Source: a virus
Lineage: Duplodnaviria; Caudoviricetes
Reading direction: 5' to 3' (one strand)
Virus record (IMG/VR): IMGVR_UViG_3300027612_000021
Location: 1-24,174 of that record
Length of the DNA: 24,174 nt
Both the position numbers and the translations under genes were made by a program. Under the pieces are notes generated by a model. It did not search any database. It was not told the origin of the DNA and worked only from the letters and a program-made list of their open reading frames with translations. Positions 1-8,970 of this stretch are shown here, piece after piece (the stretch's first letter is position 1; the number at the start of each line of letters is the position of its first letter).

Positions 1-72
1 GCAGACCTTACCAATGCAGTGGCACTAGAAGCCAATCTGCGTCCTGAAGAAGTCAACTGGAATGTAACCTAA
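1..72 (+). CDS. 3' end of probable tail tubular protein A / head-tail adaptor (partial)
   Basis: Frame 1 reads ADLTNAVALEANLRPEEVNWNVT*. Its TAA overlaps the next ATG (TAATG coupling), and it lies directly before the tail tubular B-like gene. Confidence 0.55.
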   Translation, partial: ADLTNAVALEANLRPEEVNWNVT

Positions 73-1571
73 TGGCTAAACAACTTCAAAGTATTGCCAT
101 CCAAGCACCGGGCTTCTTTGGGTTAAACACTCAAGACTCTCCTACGTCCTTGTCTGAACAGTTTGCACTCGTAGCTGATAACTGTGTTATTGACCAATTT
201 GGTCGTATTGGTGCTCGTAAGGGTTGGGCGTACTTAACAGAAACTAACCCAGACGACATTGTACACATCAGTGAATTTATTGATGATGACGGTACGACAG
301 AAGTGATTAGTGCTTCTGCTACTGCAATATACAAAGGAACCACAACGCTTACTGATATTACACCCGCAAGTTACACCGTTAGTGATGGTAATTTTGATAG
401 TGCCAACCTTAACGGAGTAATTTATCTATTTAGAGAGGGGTCTGATCCAGTATACTATGATGGTACAACGTGTGATGAAGTGTCTGCTCATGCAGACTAT
501 AGCGGCACGGTTCCTTCTGGTGATATTGTTCAGTCTGGCTTTGGTAGACTCTGGGTTGCCAAAACGTCAAGCGATAACACCACGGTATATTGGTCAGACC
601 TACTCACTGGATTCAAGTGGGACACTGGTAGCTCTGGATCTATTGACGTATCTAAAGTATGGCCTAACGGGAATGATGAGATAACAGCACTCAAGGTGCA
701 TAACAACTTCCTTATCATCTTTGGTAAAACACAAATCCTTGTCTACAGCGGTGCTGATGATCCTGCAACAATGCAATTGTCAGACACTGTAGTGGGTATT
801 GGTTGTATTGCTCGTGACAGTGTGCAAGTGACAGGTAAGGATGTTATTTTCTTGTCTGACGACGGGCTACAGAGTCTAGGACGTACCATTCAAGAGAAGT
901 CTGCACCGATGCGTGACCTGTCTAAGAATGTACGGACAGAGATGATGTCACTTGTGTTAAGTGAAACAGGAAGCATCTTCTCCGTGTATTCTCCTGAAGA
1001 AGCATTCTATCTCTTGCACCTGCCAGACAACGGTGTCACGTATTGTTTTGATATGCGTAGTCCGTTAGAGGACGGTAGTGCAAGGGCAACACGTTGGAAC
1101 ACTATCACCCCTCAGGCTCTCTGTAGGCTCCGTGACGGGACGTTATTGCTTGGTAAGGGTCAAGGTATTGCAGACTACGAAGGCTTTGCTGACAATGGCT
1201 CTACGTACATCATGTCGTACTTTACCAACTATATTGACTTTGGTGCTCCGTCTAACCTGAAGCTACTGAAGAACTTGAAGATAACAATTATTGGTGGTAG
1301 TGACACTCAGGCAACACTCAACTGGGGCTACGACTACTCATTTGGTTATCGTAAGAAAACATTTACGCTTGCCGAACAAATCATTGCTGAGTACAACATA
1401 GCAGAGTATAACATCGGTGAGTTTAACGCAGGTGTCTTGGTAAACCGTCCATCAGTACAAGCATCAGGTGGTGGTCAAGTAGTACAACTTGGTATTGAAT
1501 CAGAAATCAACGGATCAGCAGTGTCTATTCAGAGACTCACTGCACAGGCTATTATTGGAAGGACTATCTAA
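72..1571 (+). CDS. Tail tubular protein B / P22 gp10-like tail hub (DNA stabilization) protein
   Basis: 499 aa beta-rich protein with N-terminal 'APGFFGLNTQDS', and 'GRLWVA', 'VYWSD', 'GCIARDSV', 'FLSDDG' segments typical of podovirus nozzle beta-propellers. It precedes the ejection genes. Confidence 0.75.
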   Translation: MAKQLQSIAIQAPGFFGLNTQDSPTSLSEQFALVADNCVIDQFGRIGARKGWAYLTETNPDDIVHISEFIDDDGTTEVISASATAIYKGTTTLTDITPASYTVSDGNFDSANLNGVIYLFREGSDPVYYDGTTCDEVSAHADYSGTVPSGDIVQSGFGRLWVAKTSSDNTTVYWSDLLTGFKWDTGSSGSIDVSKVWPNGNDEITALKVHNNFLIIFGKTQILVYSGADDPATMQLSDTVVGIGCIARDSVQVTGKDVIFLSDDGLQSLGRTIQEKSAPMRDLSKNVRTEMMSLVLSETGSIFSVYSPEEAFYLLHLPDNGVTYCFDMRSPLEDGSARATRWNTITPQALCRLRDGTLLLGKGQGIADYEGFADNGSTYIMSYFTNYIDFGAPSNLKLLKNLKITIIGGSDTQATLNWGYDYSFGYRKKTFTLAEQIIAEYNIAEYNIGEFNAGVLVNRPSVQASGGGQVVQLGIESEINGSAVSIQRLTAQAIIGRTI

Positions 1572-1804
1572 TGTCAAACTATACTAAGACAACCAACTTT
1601 GCTGTCAAGGATAACTTGGCATCTGGTAATGCGGCAAAGATCATCAAAGGCACTGAGATTGACTCAGAGTTTAACAACATTGCTACAGCCGTGGCAACTA
1701 AATCAAACACAGCAGACCCTACATTCACAGGGACTGTAACAATACCAACGCTATCTGTCTCAGGTACTGCGACTATTGGTACGATTGACGGAGGAACATA
1801 CTAA
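1571..1804 (+). CDS. Small virion protein (tail needle/plug or short fibre-like)
   Basis: 77 aa with 'EIDSEFNNIATAVATK' and 'PTFTGTVT' fibre-like segments. TAATG-coupled on both sides. Confidence 0.55.
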   Translation: MSNYTKTTNFAVKDNLASGNAAKIIKGTEIDSEFNNIATAVATKSNTADPTFTGTVTIPTLSVSGTATIGTIDGGTY

Positions 1805-2784
1805 TGGCATTAACCGATTATACAGGGCTGCTCACGGGAGTGGGTGAGATCGGCACTGCTGTTTTACCTTACGTATTATCAGAGGGCGAGATAGGAGAGC
1901 TACGTAACTTAGGTACTACATCCCAAGCACAGGCACAAACTATTGCTGAACAGGCTTCGGGGGCTGCTGCTTTTCAGCCTTTTGCGGTGAAGACTGCAAC
2001 GGGAGGTGGAACTACTATCCAAGCCCCTACAGAACCCGGTGGGCTTCCTACGTTACAATACCAACTATCGCCTGAAGAGCAAGCATTACAGACCTCTTTA
2101 TTATCAGGAGCTACCTCTGTAGCAGGGGCAGGGCCTACAACTGCTTCTAGTTTATATGAGCAAATACGTGGGCTACAAACACCTGAAGAGCAGCGTCAAG
2201 CTTTAGCGTTAGAGAATCGTTTAGCCGCACAAGGACGCTTAGGTGTACAAACAGCAGCTTACGGCGGTACACCAGAACAACTGGCGTATCAGAAGGCTGT
2301 ACAAGAAGCACAAAACCAAGCAGCATTCCAAGCAGCACAGATGGCTCCACAGTTACAACAGCAAAACATTGCTAACATCACTGGCATGTTGGGGGCTGCG
2401 TATTTACCGCAGCAGCAAGCAATGGCGGGATTAATGCCTGCTATAGACATCTCCCGTATTTCTCAGGCGGCTCGTCAAGGGCAGGCAGAAGCATTGTACC
2501 GTGGCGGTATTGCAGGTCTTGAAGCTCAAGCAGCAGCAGGAACAGCCGCAGCTAATGTGGAAGCAGCAAGGACTCAGGCATTAGCTAACGCATTGTCGGG
2601 TATGTTTGCAAGACCTGATAGTGGCGGTGCTTCTGGAGGTGAAAGCTTCATTAGTAATTTATTAGGATACTTTGAACCTGCTACAACATTCTTAGATAGT
2701 TCAGGAATTACAGGCACTATATCAGATAATGGTATGTTGACTTCCGACAATTTAACAGATACCGATAGGTATTCCCCATTTTAA
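1804..2784 (+). CDS. Putative ejection (internal virion / DNA pilot) protein
   Basis: 326 aa, rich in Ala/Gln/Gly and predicted helical. First of three such genes after the tail genes. Confidence 0.6.
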   Translation: MALTDYTGLLTGVGEIGTAVLPYVLSEGEIGELRNLGTTSQAQAQTIAEQASGAAAFQPFAVKTATGGGTTIQAPTEPGGLPTLQYQLSPEEQALQTSLLSGATSVAGAGPTTASSLYEQIRGLQTPEEQRQALALENRLAAQGRLGVQTAAYGGTPEQLAYQKAVQEAQNQAAFQAAQMAPQLQQQNIANITGMLGAAYLPQQQAMAGLMPAIDISRISQAARQGQAEALYRGGIAGLEAQAAAGTAAANVEAARTQALANALSGMFARPDSGGASGGESFISNLLGYFEPATTFLDSSGITGTISDNGMLTSDNLTDTDRYSPF

Positions 2785-2794
2785 GGAGTAGACA

Positions 2795-4291
2795 ATGGCA
2801 TCAGAAACTACATTGATGGGGCTATTGAAGACTCCTTCACAGATCCGTAAAGAATCTCAAGAACGTCTTATGCAAGAATCTTTAGCACGTAGTCAGCAAA
2901 TGATTTCAGGAGGGGGCACAACCGCCCTACCGGGCATTATTTCACGTTACGGTGCTCAAGCGGCACAACGAGGTGCTCAGGCAGGTGCAGGACTTTTACG
3001 TGGTGTTTCCGGCGGTGTGGGCTCTATGGTGGGTGGTGACTTAGGACGTAGCATTCAAGATTTAGGTGTCACTGCAGAGGAGCGACAGGCACGAGAAGGA
3101 CAAGAAGTCCTTGCAGGAATAAAAGGGGATGATCCTGCATCTATAAAATCTGCAGCGCAACGTTTACGTCAATTAGGGCTTACGGGGGAAGCTGCTGCCT
3201 TAGACCAAAGAGCAAACCAATTAGAAGTACAACAGACAGAAATTGGATTTAAGAAGAAAGAGCAGGCCAGAGCAGACGAAAGAATCAACCTTGAAAAGGA
3301 ACGTCTTACTTTAGCGAAAGAACAAGCAGCCACTGCAAAAGAAAAAGCAGAGCTAGATAAACAGCTCACTCAACTTAATATCAATCAAAATTCATTTAAG
3401 ATGAACCAACTCCTCTCAGCCCAAAATGATAGAGAGCTTTTAAAAACTAAAATATCTGAGATGCTTCCTACAATTGATGATTCCGTTATGTCTTCAGAGT
3501 TAAAGGAGACAGTGGCTATGCTATCGCCTGAAGAGGGATTTAACTTTATTTCAAAAGCCTTAGCTGAGGATAAGAAAAAAGCACAGAAGACTCAGCTTAT
3601 GAACACTATCACAAATGTCCTCAGACCTTCTCAAAACGTAGAAGGGAGCGTAGCAGTAGATGATAGTATTGAAGCTACTAACAACCGCTACAACGCTGCT
3701 ATTAAACTAGCAGAGCAAGCAGGAGATACCACAACAGCGCAGATGCTTAAGGACGAACGTAAAGTTCTTGTAGATGAAAAGGGAAAGGTACGTGACATTG
3801 AAGAGTCAAGACGTAAAGATTTCCGCAATGACGCTACAGCAAAAGTGCAACGAAAAGTTATAGAAGAATCTAAAAAGGGATTGGCTTTCTTAGAATCTGG
3901 AACAGGTGCAGGCGATGTTGCAGGTATTATTCAGTTTATGAAAGGTCTTGATCCAAACTCTGTTGTACGTGAATCAGAATTTGCTGTAGCTAGTAGTATT
4001 GGTAGTTACTTTGAGACATTTAAAGGGGCGTTTAAAAAATATACAGCAGGGGATCGCTTAACAGACTCTCAGAGAGACGCTCTTGCAGATGTCCTTGTGA
4101 TTGCCTCTCAATCTGCCGCCCAAGATTATAACTCTTGGAGGTCTAATGAAATGGCGGCCTTTTCAGGAAGGGGCTATGATGCGGAATACATTGTTGGCAA
4201 TGCACTAACGGCTCCTAAATATACGAGTTCAGCAGAAACAAACGCAGAGCCTACACAAGAAGAAATGGCACGTGCAGGAGAAGGTTTCTAA
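2795..4291 (+). CDS. Putative ejection (internal virion) protein
   Basis: RBS AAGGAG. 498 aa coiled-coil-rich, with a C-terminal 'FMKGLDPNSVVRESEF' segment of a kind I recall from phage DNA-transfer proteins. Confidence 0.6.
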   Translation: MASETTLMGLLKTPSQIRKESQERLMQESLARSQQMISGGGTTALPGIISRYGAQAAQRGAQAGAGLLRGVSGGVGSMVGGDLGRSIQDLGVTAEERQAREGQEVLAGIKGDDPASIKSAAQRLRQLGLTGEAAALDQRANQLEVQQTEIGFKKKEQARADERINLEKERLTLAKEQAATAKEKAELDKQLTQLNINQNSFKMNQLLSAQNDRELLKTKISEMLPTIDDSVMSSELKETVAMLSPEEGFNFISKALAEDKKKAQKTQLMNTITNVLRPSQNVEGSVAVDDSIEATNNRYNAAIKLAEQAGDTTTAQMLKDERKVLVDEKGKVRDIEESRRKDFRNDATAKVQRKVIEESKKGLAFLESGTGAGDVAGIIQFMKGLDPNSVVRESEFAVASSIGSYFETFKGAFKKYTAGDRLTDSQRDALADVLVIASQSAAQDYNSWRSNEMAAFSGRGYDAEYIVGNALTAPKYTSSAETNAEPTQEEMARAGEGF

Positions 4292-4293
4292 CA

Positions 4294-6300
4294 ATGAAAA
4301 ACTTAGAAAGTATTTTTAAGCAAATAGACCAAATGAAAGAAGCCGGAGAAGAGGCTGCTGAAGTGGGCCGTTTTGCTTATTCTACAGGTTATGACGTACC
4401 TGCATTACAAACTGCCTACAAAGACTACAAGGCCACAGGGGAAATCAATGAAGCGGGCGTAGGCACAGGACTTCTACAGGGTTTAACTTTTGGGTTTAGT
4501 GAAGAGATTGGAGGTGCTTTAGCGGAAGTAGGTTTAAATCCTTTTGCTGATGCAGGGGATGACTACGACTCTTACGTTAAAAAGCAACGGGCTAAATACA
4601 AACTCTTTCAACAAGAAAATCCAATACTATCCTCAGGTTCTGAAATCTTAGGTTCCCTTCCTACACTTATGTTACCCGGTGGAGCTATTGCCAAAACTGC
4701 ACAGGCGTCTGGAAAGCTTGCTACAGTGGCTAAAGGAGCTGCTATCGCAGGTGGTGAAGGGGCTTTGTACGGAGCAGGTACGGCTGAAGGAGGTCTGCAG
4801 CAACGAGTGGAAGGAGCTTTACAAGAAGGAGCTATCAGTGCCGCTGTAGGCGGTCCTCTATCCTTGGTAGGTAGAGGTGTTTCTGGAGCTTCTAGGATGG
4901 CTAAAATGGCTCCTGAAGATAGAGCTGTAGCTCAAGTATCAGAACGTATTAGTAAGTTGTCTCCAGAAGCTCAAGAAGCTATTCAATCCCCATCCTTAAT
5001 GCAGGAGGGTATGAGTATTGCTGACGCAGGAGGAGAAGAGCTTCAGCGGCAGTTAAGGGGGATTCGCACAGTAGATGCTGAAGCGGGTAAATTTATGAAT
5101 GAGGTGTTGAGTGAAAGACATCTCAATCAGTTTGAAAGAATCACTTCTCAAGTTAATAAAGCATTTGAGACATCTCCAGAGCTTGTAAAGGCTATCAAGG
5201 GAGACATAGAAGATTTACAGAAGCTGTCTAGATCAGCCTATACTGAAGCCTACTTAAAACACGACGACTTAAAAAGTGGACAGATAGCGGGCATTGTGAA
5301 ATCTGACAAGGACATGGGTAAGTTGTATGACCAAACTGTAAAGTTGATGGCGGATGAAGCAGCTTCTGATGGTAATGAGGAGCTTGCTAATGCTCTACGT
5401 CAATTAGATAAATCTAGTGCTCTAACAGATGAGTCAACAATCCCCCTTCGTGTACTAGACACAATGAAGAAGAATATGGATGAGTCAATCAACTCCTTTT
5501 ATAGAGCACCCGGAGTTAATGCAGTATTTAAGCGGAAGACGTTAAAGAATAAACAAACAGAATTAATCAACTCTATAAACAAAGCCACTAACGATGACTA
5601 CGGAAGACTTCGGAGTAACTTTGCTGAGTCCGCTAAGATAGAAGAAGCATTAGAGCTTGGTCGTAAGTTTGAGGATAAGAATATGGGGGTGTTAGAACTA
5701 AAAGAAACAGTCAACTCCTTTAGCCCCTTGGAGTCTAAAGCGTACACAGCAGGTGTTCTTCAATCTCTTTACAATAAAATTGATAAAACTCCTTATGGTC
5801 AAGACACCTTAAAAGCTCTTCTGAAATCCCCTCTCATGGAGAAGCAATTAAAAGCAATCTTCCCAAATGATAATTCTTGGAATCGCTTTAAAGCTGCTAT
5901 GGTTAATGAAGCTAAAATGGCACGTACAAAGAATCTTGTAACGGGTGGTAGTAACACTGCGGATAAGTTAAAAGAGGCAGACTTAGAAGAAAGCTTGTTG
6001 GCTGACGCTGTAGTAATTATGGGTGATCCATCAGGGTTGTTATCTGGTAATGCCATCATGCGACAGATTCAGAAGTTTGCGGAAAACTTGTCAGCCCGTC
6101 TTAGGACCAGATCGTCTACACGTGGGCTACAGTCTAAAATACTTCTTGAAACAGATCCTAAGAAGAAGGCTGACTTACTTCAACAGATGCAAGAGGCTAA
6201 GGCTACCTTGGCAAAAGAAGCAGCAGGAGCTGAAGCTACAGGGATGTTGACAGGGCGTATAGCAGGACGTGCTGCAGCTATGGCGGGTGATGAGGAATAA
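4294..6300 (+). CDS. Putative large ejection / DNA transfer protein
   Basis: 668 aa. 'QGLTFGFSEEI' motif followed by Gly/Ala-rich hydrophobic helices. Last gene of the structural arm. Confidence 0.6.
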   Translation: MKNLESIFKQIDQMKEAGEEAAEVGRFAYSTGYDVPALQTAYKDYKATGEINEAGVGTGLLQGLTFGFSEEIGGALAEVGLNPFADAGDDYDSYVKKQRAKYKLFQQENPILSSGSEILGSLPTLMLPGGAIAKTAQASGKLATVAKGAAIAGGEGALYGAGTAEGGLQQRVEGALQEGAISAAVGGPLSLVGRGVSGASRMAKMAPEDRAVAQVSERISKLSPEAQEAIQSPSLMQEGMSIADAGGEELQRQLRGIRTVDAEAGKFMNEVLSERHLNQFERITSQVNKAFETSPELVKAIKGDIEDLQKLSRSAYTEAYLKHDDLKSGQIAGIVKSDKDMGKLYDQTVKLMADEAASDGNEELANALRQLDKSSALTDESTIPLRVLDTMKKNMDESINSFYRAPGVNAVFKRKTLKNKQTELINSINKATNDDYGRLRSNFAESAKIEEALELGRKFEDKNMGVLELKETVNSFSPLESKAYTAGVLQSLYNKIDKTPYGQDTLKALLKSPLMEKQLKAIFPNDNSWNRFKAAMVNEAKMARTKNLVTGGSNTADKLKEADLEESLLADAVVIMGDPSGLLSGNAIMRQIQKFAENLSARLRTRSSTRGLQSKILLETDPKKKADLLQQMQEAKATLAKEAAGAEATGMLTGRIAGRAAAMAGDEE

Positions 6301-6322
6301 AAAAGCCCCCGGTTAAGGGGGC
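6299..6322 (-). terminator. Intrinsic terminator at the arm convergence point
   Basis: GCCCCC-ggttaa-GGGGGC stem (6305-6322) with an A6 run at 6299-6304, giving a U-tract on the minus strand. There is no U-tract on the plus strand. Confidence 0.8.
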
Positions 6323-6339
6323 AATGAGGGAATCGGTAT

Positions 6340-6852
6340 TTAAGGGCGGCTAGCTAGCCACATTTCACGCTCATGGTCAAAGCGTTCTACAGCTTCTAAT
6401 AAGCAGTCAAAGTGTGAATCTTCAAACTGCTTATGAGTAGGACGGCCAAAGTAATCCATGTAAACATCAGCATAGAGATAACCGATACGCCATACCTGCT
6501 TTTCAGACAAGCCAGAAGAAACATTATGGTGTTCCCAGTTAGCTTCCAAGTGATCTTTAGTAGCTTTAGCGATTTGAGCGTGTGTCATTAAAGGCATATC
6601 ATTCTCCTTATGTTCAACTTTTGCAACGCCATCGTACATCTTTTCTTCCCAACCCTCAGTAATAACCTTGATGTCAGCGTGGCTAATTAAGCAAGCATCA
6701 TAACGAGCCTTAGCTTTAAGGAACATATCATTGCAATGTCTAGTCCAACCACACGCAGGTTTGTACATAGGATTGTGACAAGCCTTGAGCCATTCATTCT
6801 TCCAAGAAACGTAGCAGTCCCATGCAGTTTTAGCTTTTTCAAATTCAGTCAT
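6340..6852 (-). CDS. Orphan hypothetical protein in a stand-alone cassette; possible internal start at 6597
   Basis: Start revised to MTEFEK (GGAG at 6861-6864). A second strong RBS, TAAGGAG (6604-6610), precedes an in-frame ATG at 6597. Confidence 0.7.
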   Translation of the reverse strand: MTEFEKAKTAWDCYVSWKNEWLKACHNPMYKPACGWTRHCNDMFLKAKARYDACLISHADIKVITEGWEEKMYDGVAKVEHKENDMPLMTHAQIAKATKDHLEANWEHHNVSSGLSEKQVWRIGYLYADVYMDYFGRPTHKQFEDSHFDCLLEAVERFDHEREMWLASRP

Positions 6853-6880
6853 TTCAATATCTCCAGTAGTTGATGGGTTC

Positions 6881-6926
6881 ATCATAACCTTTTGAGTGAC
6901 AGCGGCAATTATACTTTAGTCTAATA
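6881..6926 (-). promoter_or_regulatory. Promoter of the orphan cassette, carrying the 18-bp box
   Basis: Minus strand reads TATTAGACTAAAGTATAA-TTGCCG-16 nt-TATGAT. The box also overlaps a TATAAT (6908-6913). Confidence 0.6.
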
Positions 6927-6931
6927 CAGAT

Positions 6932-6955
6932 AAAAAAAGCCCTCCGTAGAGGGCT
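6932..6955 (-). terminator. Intrinsic terminator ending the replication operon
   Basis: Minus strand AGCCCTC-TACG-GAGGGCT (c-UACG-g tetraloop) followed by a T-run. Confidence 0.85.
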
Positions 6956-6975
6956 GCAAAGCTCACTGGAGAGAG

Positions 6976-7164
6976 CTACTCAAGAAATCCCCATACATCC
7001 CCTATCATAATTTTAACAAAGGGGATGTTAAGGATATAACCATCAAAGAAATAAATAGTAGCATCTGCTACGTCCTCTTCTGGTGTGTGTCCGTACACAG
7101 GCTGAGCCTCAACAGACTCAATAGACAGTCCAAATACGTGCCAAAAGCTAACTTGCACTACCAT
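6976..7164 (-). CDS. Hypothetical protein
   Basis: 62 aa, overlaps the nrdB stop, GGAG upstream, ends just before the terminator. Confidence 0.65.
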   Translation of the reverse strand: MVVQVSFWHVFGLSIESVEAQPVYGHTPEEDVADATIYFFDGYILNIPFVKIMIGDVWGFLE

Positions 7165-8108
7165 CCAAAATCTCCCACCATCCCGTATGAATTGTAATCT
7201 GTCACTCTTTTCTCAAAGAAGTTGCTAAGACTACTTCCTCCCAAAAGCTCCTCCATCCACGGTAGGGGATTTTCTTTGACTTTCCAATTTGACTTGAGGC
7301 CCAACTGGATGAGCCGCCTATCGGCCAAGTATCGGATATATTGCTTAACTTCCTCTGCCGACAAACCTTCCAAGTCACCCATCTCATATGCCAAATCAAT
7401 AACTTTGTCTTCAAGTTTGACCGCAGTGCGGAACATCTCGTATATTTCTTTCTTAAAATCATCATTCACAATCCGTGGGTGTTCGTCACAAAACTCCCTA
7501 AATAACTTAGCCATGCCTTCAGCGTGTTGGCTCTCATCACGTACAGACCACTCCACCACTGTACACATCCCCGGCATCTTACCGAATCTCTGGTAGTTGA
7601 GTAGCATAGCGAATGCACTGAACAGGCTCATGCCTTCATTCATCACAGATCGTGCGATAGAGAGTCCTGTACCACGTACACTGTTTACGTCAATATCGGA
7701 CATGAACTCCACTTTTGCAGACATTTGCTGATACTCAAGGAATGTACTGAACTCTTCCTCAGGAAGTCCTAAGGTGTCATTCAAGAGAGCGTAGGCCCTT
7801 TGGTGAATAAACTCACGAGAAGCAAAAGCCGTAAGCATTGCTCTAATCTCATTATTCTTAAACTTAGGAATGTAATACTCTAAGTAGTTTGTACCAACGG
7901 CAACATCGCTCTGAGTAAACAGTCTCAGAATCTGTGTAATATGGTTCTTCTCAGTTTCTGAAAGAACACCAGACTTCCAATGATTAACATCTGTTTGTAA
8001 TTCAAGTTCATCTTCAATCCAATGAATCCTTTCATGGCTAACTGCATACTCAACAGCCCAAGGATGATGGAATGGCTTATAACTTTTGTTCGTTTCCAGT
8101 AAGCTCAT
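7158..8108 (-). CDS. nrdB: Ribonucleotide reductase class Ia beta subunit
   Basis: Ferritin-like di-metal ligands FTQSD, REFIH, NEG and DESQH. Radical Tyr in 'HQRAY'. C-terminal 'NFFEKRVTDY'. Confidence 0.95.
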   Translation of the reverse strand: MSLLETNKSYKPFHHPWAVEYAVSHERIHWIEDELELQTDVNHWKSGVLSETEKNHITQILRLFTQSDVAVGTNYLEYYIPKFKNNEIRAMLTAFASREFIHQRAYALLNDTLGLPEEEFSTFLEYQQMSAKVEFMSDIDVNSVRGTGLSIARSVMNEGMSLFSAFAMLLNYQRFGKMPGMCTVVEWSVRDESQHAEGMAKLFREFCDEHPRIVNDDFKKEIYEMFRTAVKLEDKVIDLAYEMGDLEGLSAEEVKQYIRYLADRRLIQLGLKSNWKVKENPLPWMEELLGGSSLSNFFEKRVTDYNSYGMVGDFGW

Positions 8109-8262
8109 ATAGTTGTTTCTCCAGAATTTCTACTTTGATTTGCAATTCTTGAATAATTCCATAGCAATCATTCAATATTTGTTTATTAAACGGATCAGAG
8201 TCTTTAATCAATTCCAATCGCTTAATGATTGTTTTGTCATATATTGATAAGGGGCTTTTCAT
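8077..8262 (-). CDS. Hypothetical protein (short coiled coil)
   Basis: 61 aa, translationally coupled within the operon. Confidence 0.65.
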   Translation of the reverse strand: MKSPLSIYDKTIIKRLELIKDSDPFNKQILNDCYGIIQELQIKVEILEKQLYELTGNEQKL

Positions 8263-8468
8263 TAGTATTCCCCTGAAGTGCCGTGCCTATCGTAGTAGGC
8301 TTTAGCTAATTTATTATACACCTCCTCAGCCTCCTGACGAGACTTTATTTTGTCTGCTGCATCTTGCTTTATTATTTCCATGAAGATAGGTCTGAAACGC
8401 ACTGAAGCTGTATTTATCATCAGTGTATTACATATGGCTAAGTATTTCTCTTTAATTGTTACGTCCAT
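8262..8468 (-). CDS. Hypothetical protein
   Basis: 68 aa, GGAG RBS upstream, TAATG-coupled to the next gene. Confidence 0.65.
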   Translation of the reverse strand: MDVTIKEKYLAICNTLMINTASVRFRPIFMEIIKQDAADKIKSRQEAEEVYNKLAKAYYDRHGTSGEY

Positions 8469-8607
8469 TAGAGTTCTCCAGTATTCTAAGCTCCAACTCT
8501 AAACTAATTATCTTAGCGTGTAAATCCCTAGCCTTGTCCCACTTCCTCTTGCACTGAGCCTTCAGTAGCTTCAGCCAAGTCTTCTTTAGTTTCAGATGTA
8601 AACCCAT
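8452..8607 (-). CDS. Small basic amphipathic protein (not in ORF track)
   Basis: Hand translation: MGLHLKLKKTWLKLLKAQCKRKWDKARDLHAKIISLELELRILENSNGRNN* (51 aa). GAGGAG lies 10 nt upstream, and the ORF fills the gap at 8469-8527. Confidence 0.6.
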   Translation of the reverse strand: MGLHLKLKKTWLKLLKAQCKRKWDKARDLHAKIISLELELRILENSNGRNN

Positions 8608-8767
8608 ACTCCTTGTTCTCCTCATCTACAGCCATCTCAAGCAACCGCCTAAGCCCCACCTCAACTAGAAGTCTGGTAGCGTCCTTGTCTGTATCGACAA
8701 CCAATGTGGCAGAGCCATCTTCATGCTCTACGTAGTCTGTGACGTTAATTGTTCCTGCTTTTTTCAT
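8528..8767 (-). CDS. Hypothetical protein
   Basis: 79 aa containing 'VEHEDGSATL', ATGA-coupled to the upstream gene. Confidence 0.65.
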   Translation of the reverse strand: MKKAGTINVTDYVEHEDGSATLVVDTDKDATRLLVEVGLRRLLEMAVDEENKEYGFTSETKEDLAEATEGSVQEEVGQG

Positions 8768-8961
8768 GAGTCATTATCCTCAGTATGCTGAGTATTTTGT
8801 AACCACTCCTTGTATTCAGAAGGAACCATATAATACTCTAACACAGTCTGTAAGGCTGTCATAGTCTCTTCATCATCATACTCACGACACAGGTCATATG
8901 ATATCATTAAATCCTTTACAACAATGTCGGTGAGAGTATCTTGAGATAATTCAATCTTCAT
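8764..8961 (-). CDS. Hypothetical protein
   Basis: 65 aa, GGGAG RBS immediately after the nrdA stop. Confidence 0.7.
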   Translation of the reverse strand: MKIELSQDTLTDIVVKDLMISYDLCREYDDEETMTALQTVLEYYMVPSEYKEWLQNTQHTEDNDS

Positions 8962-8970
8962 ATGTTCTCC

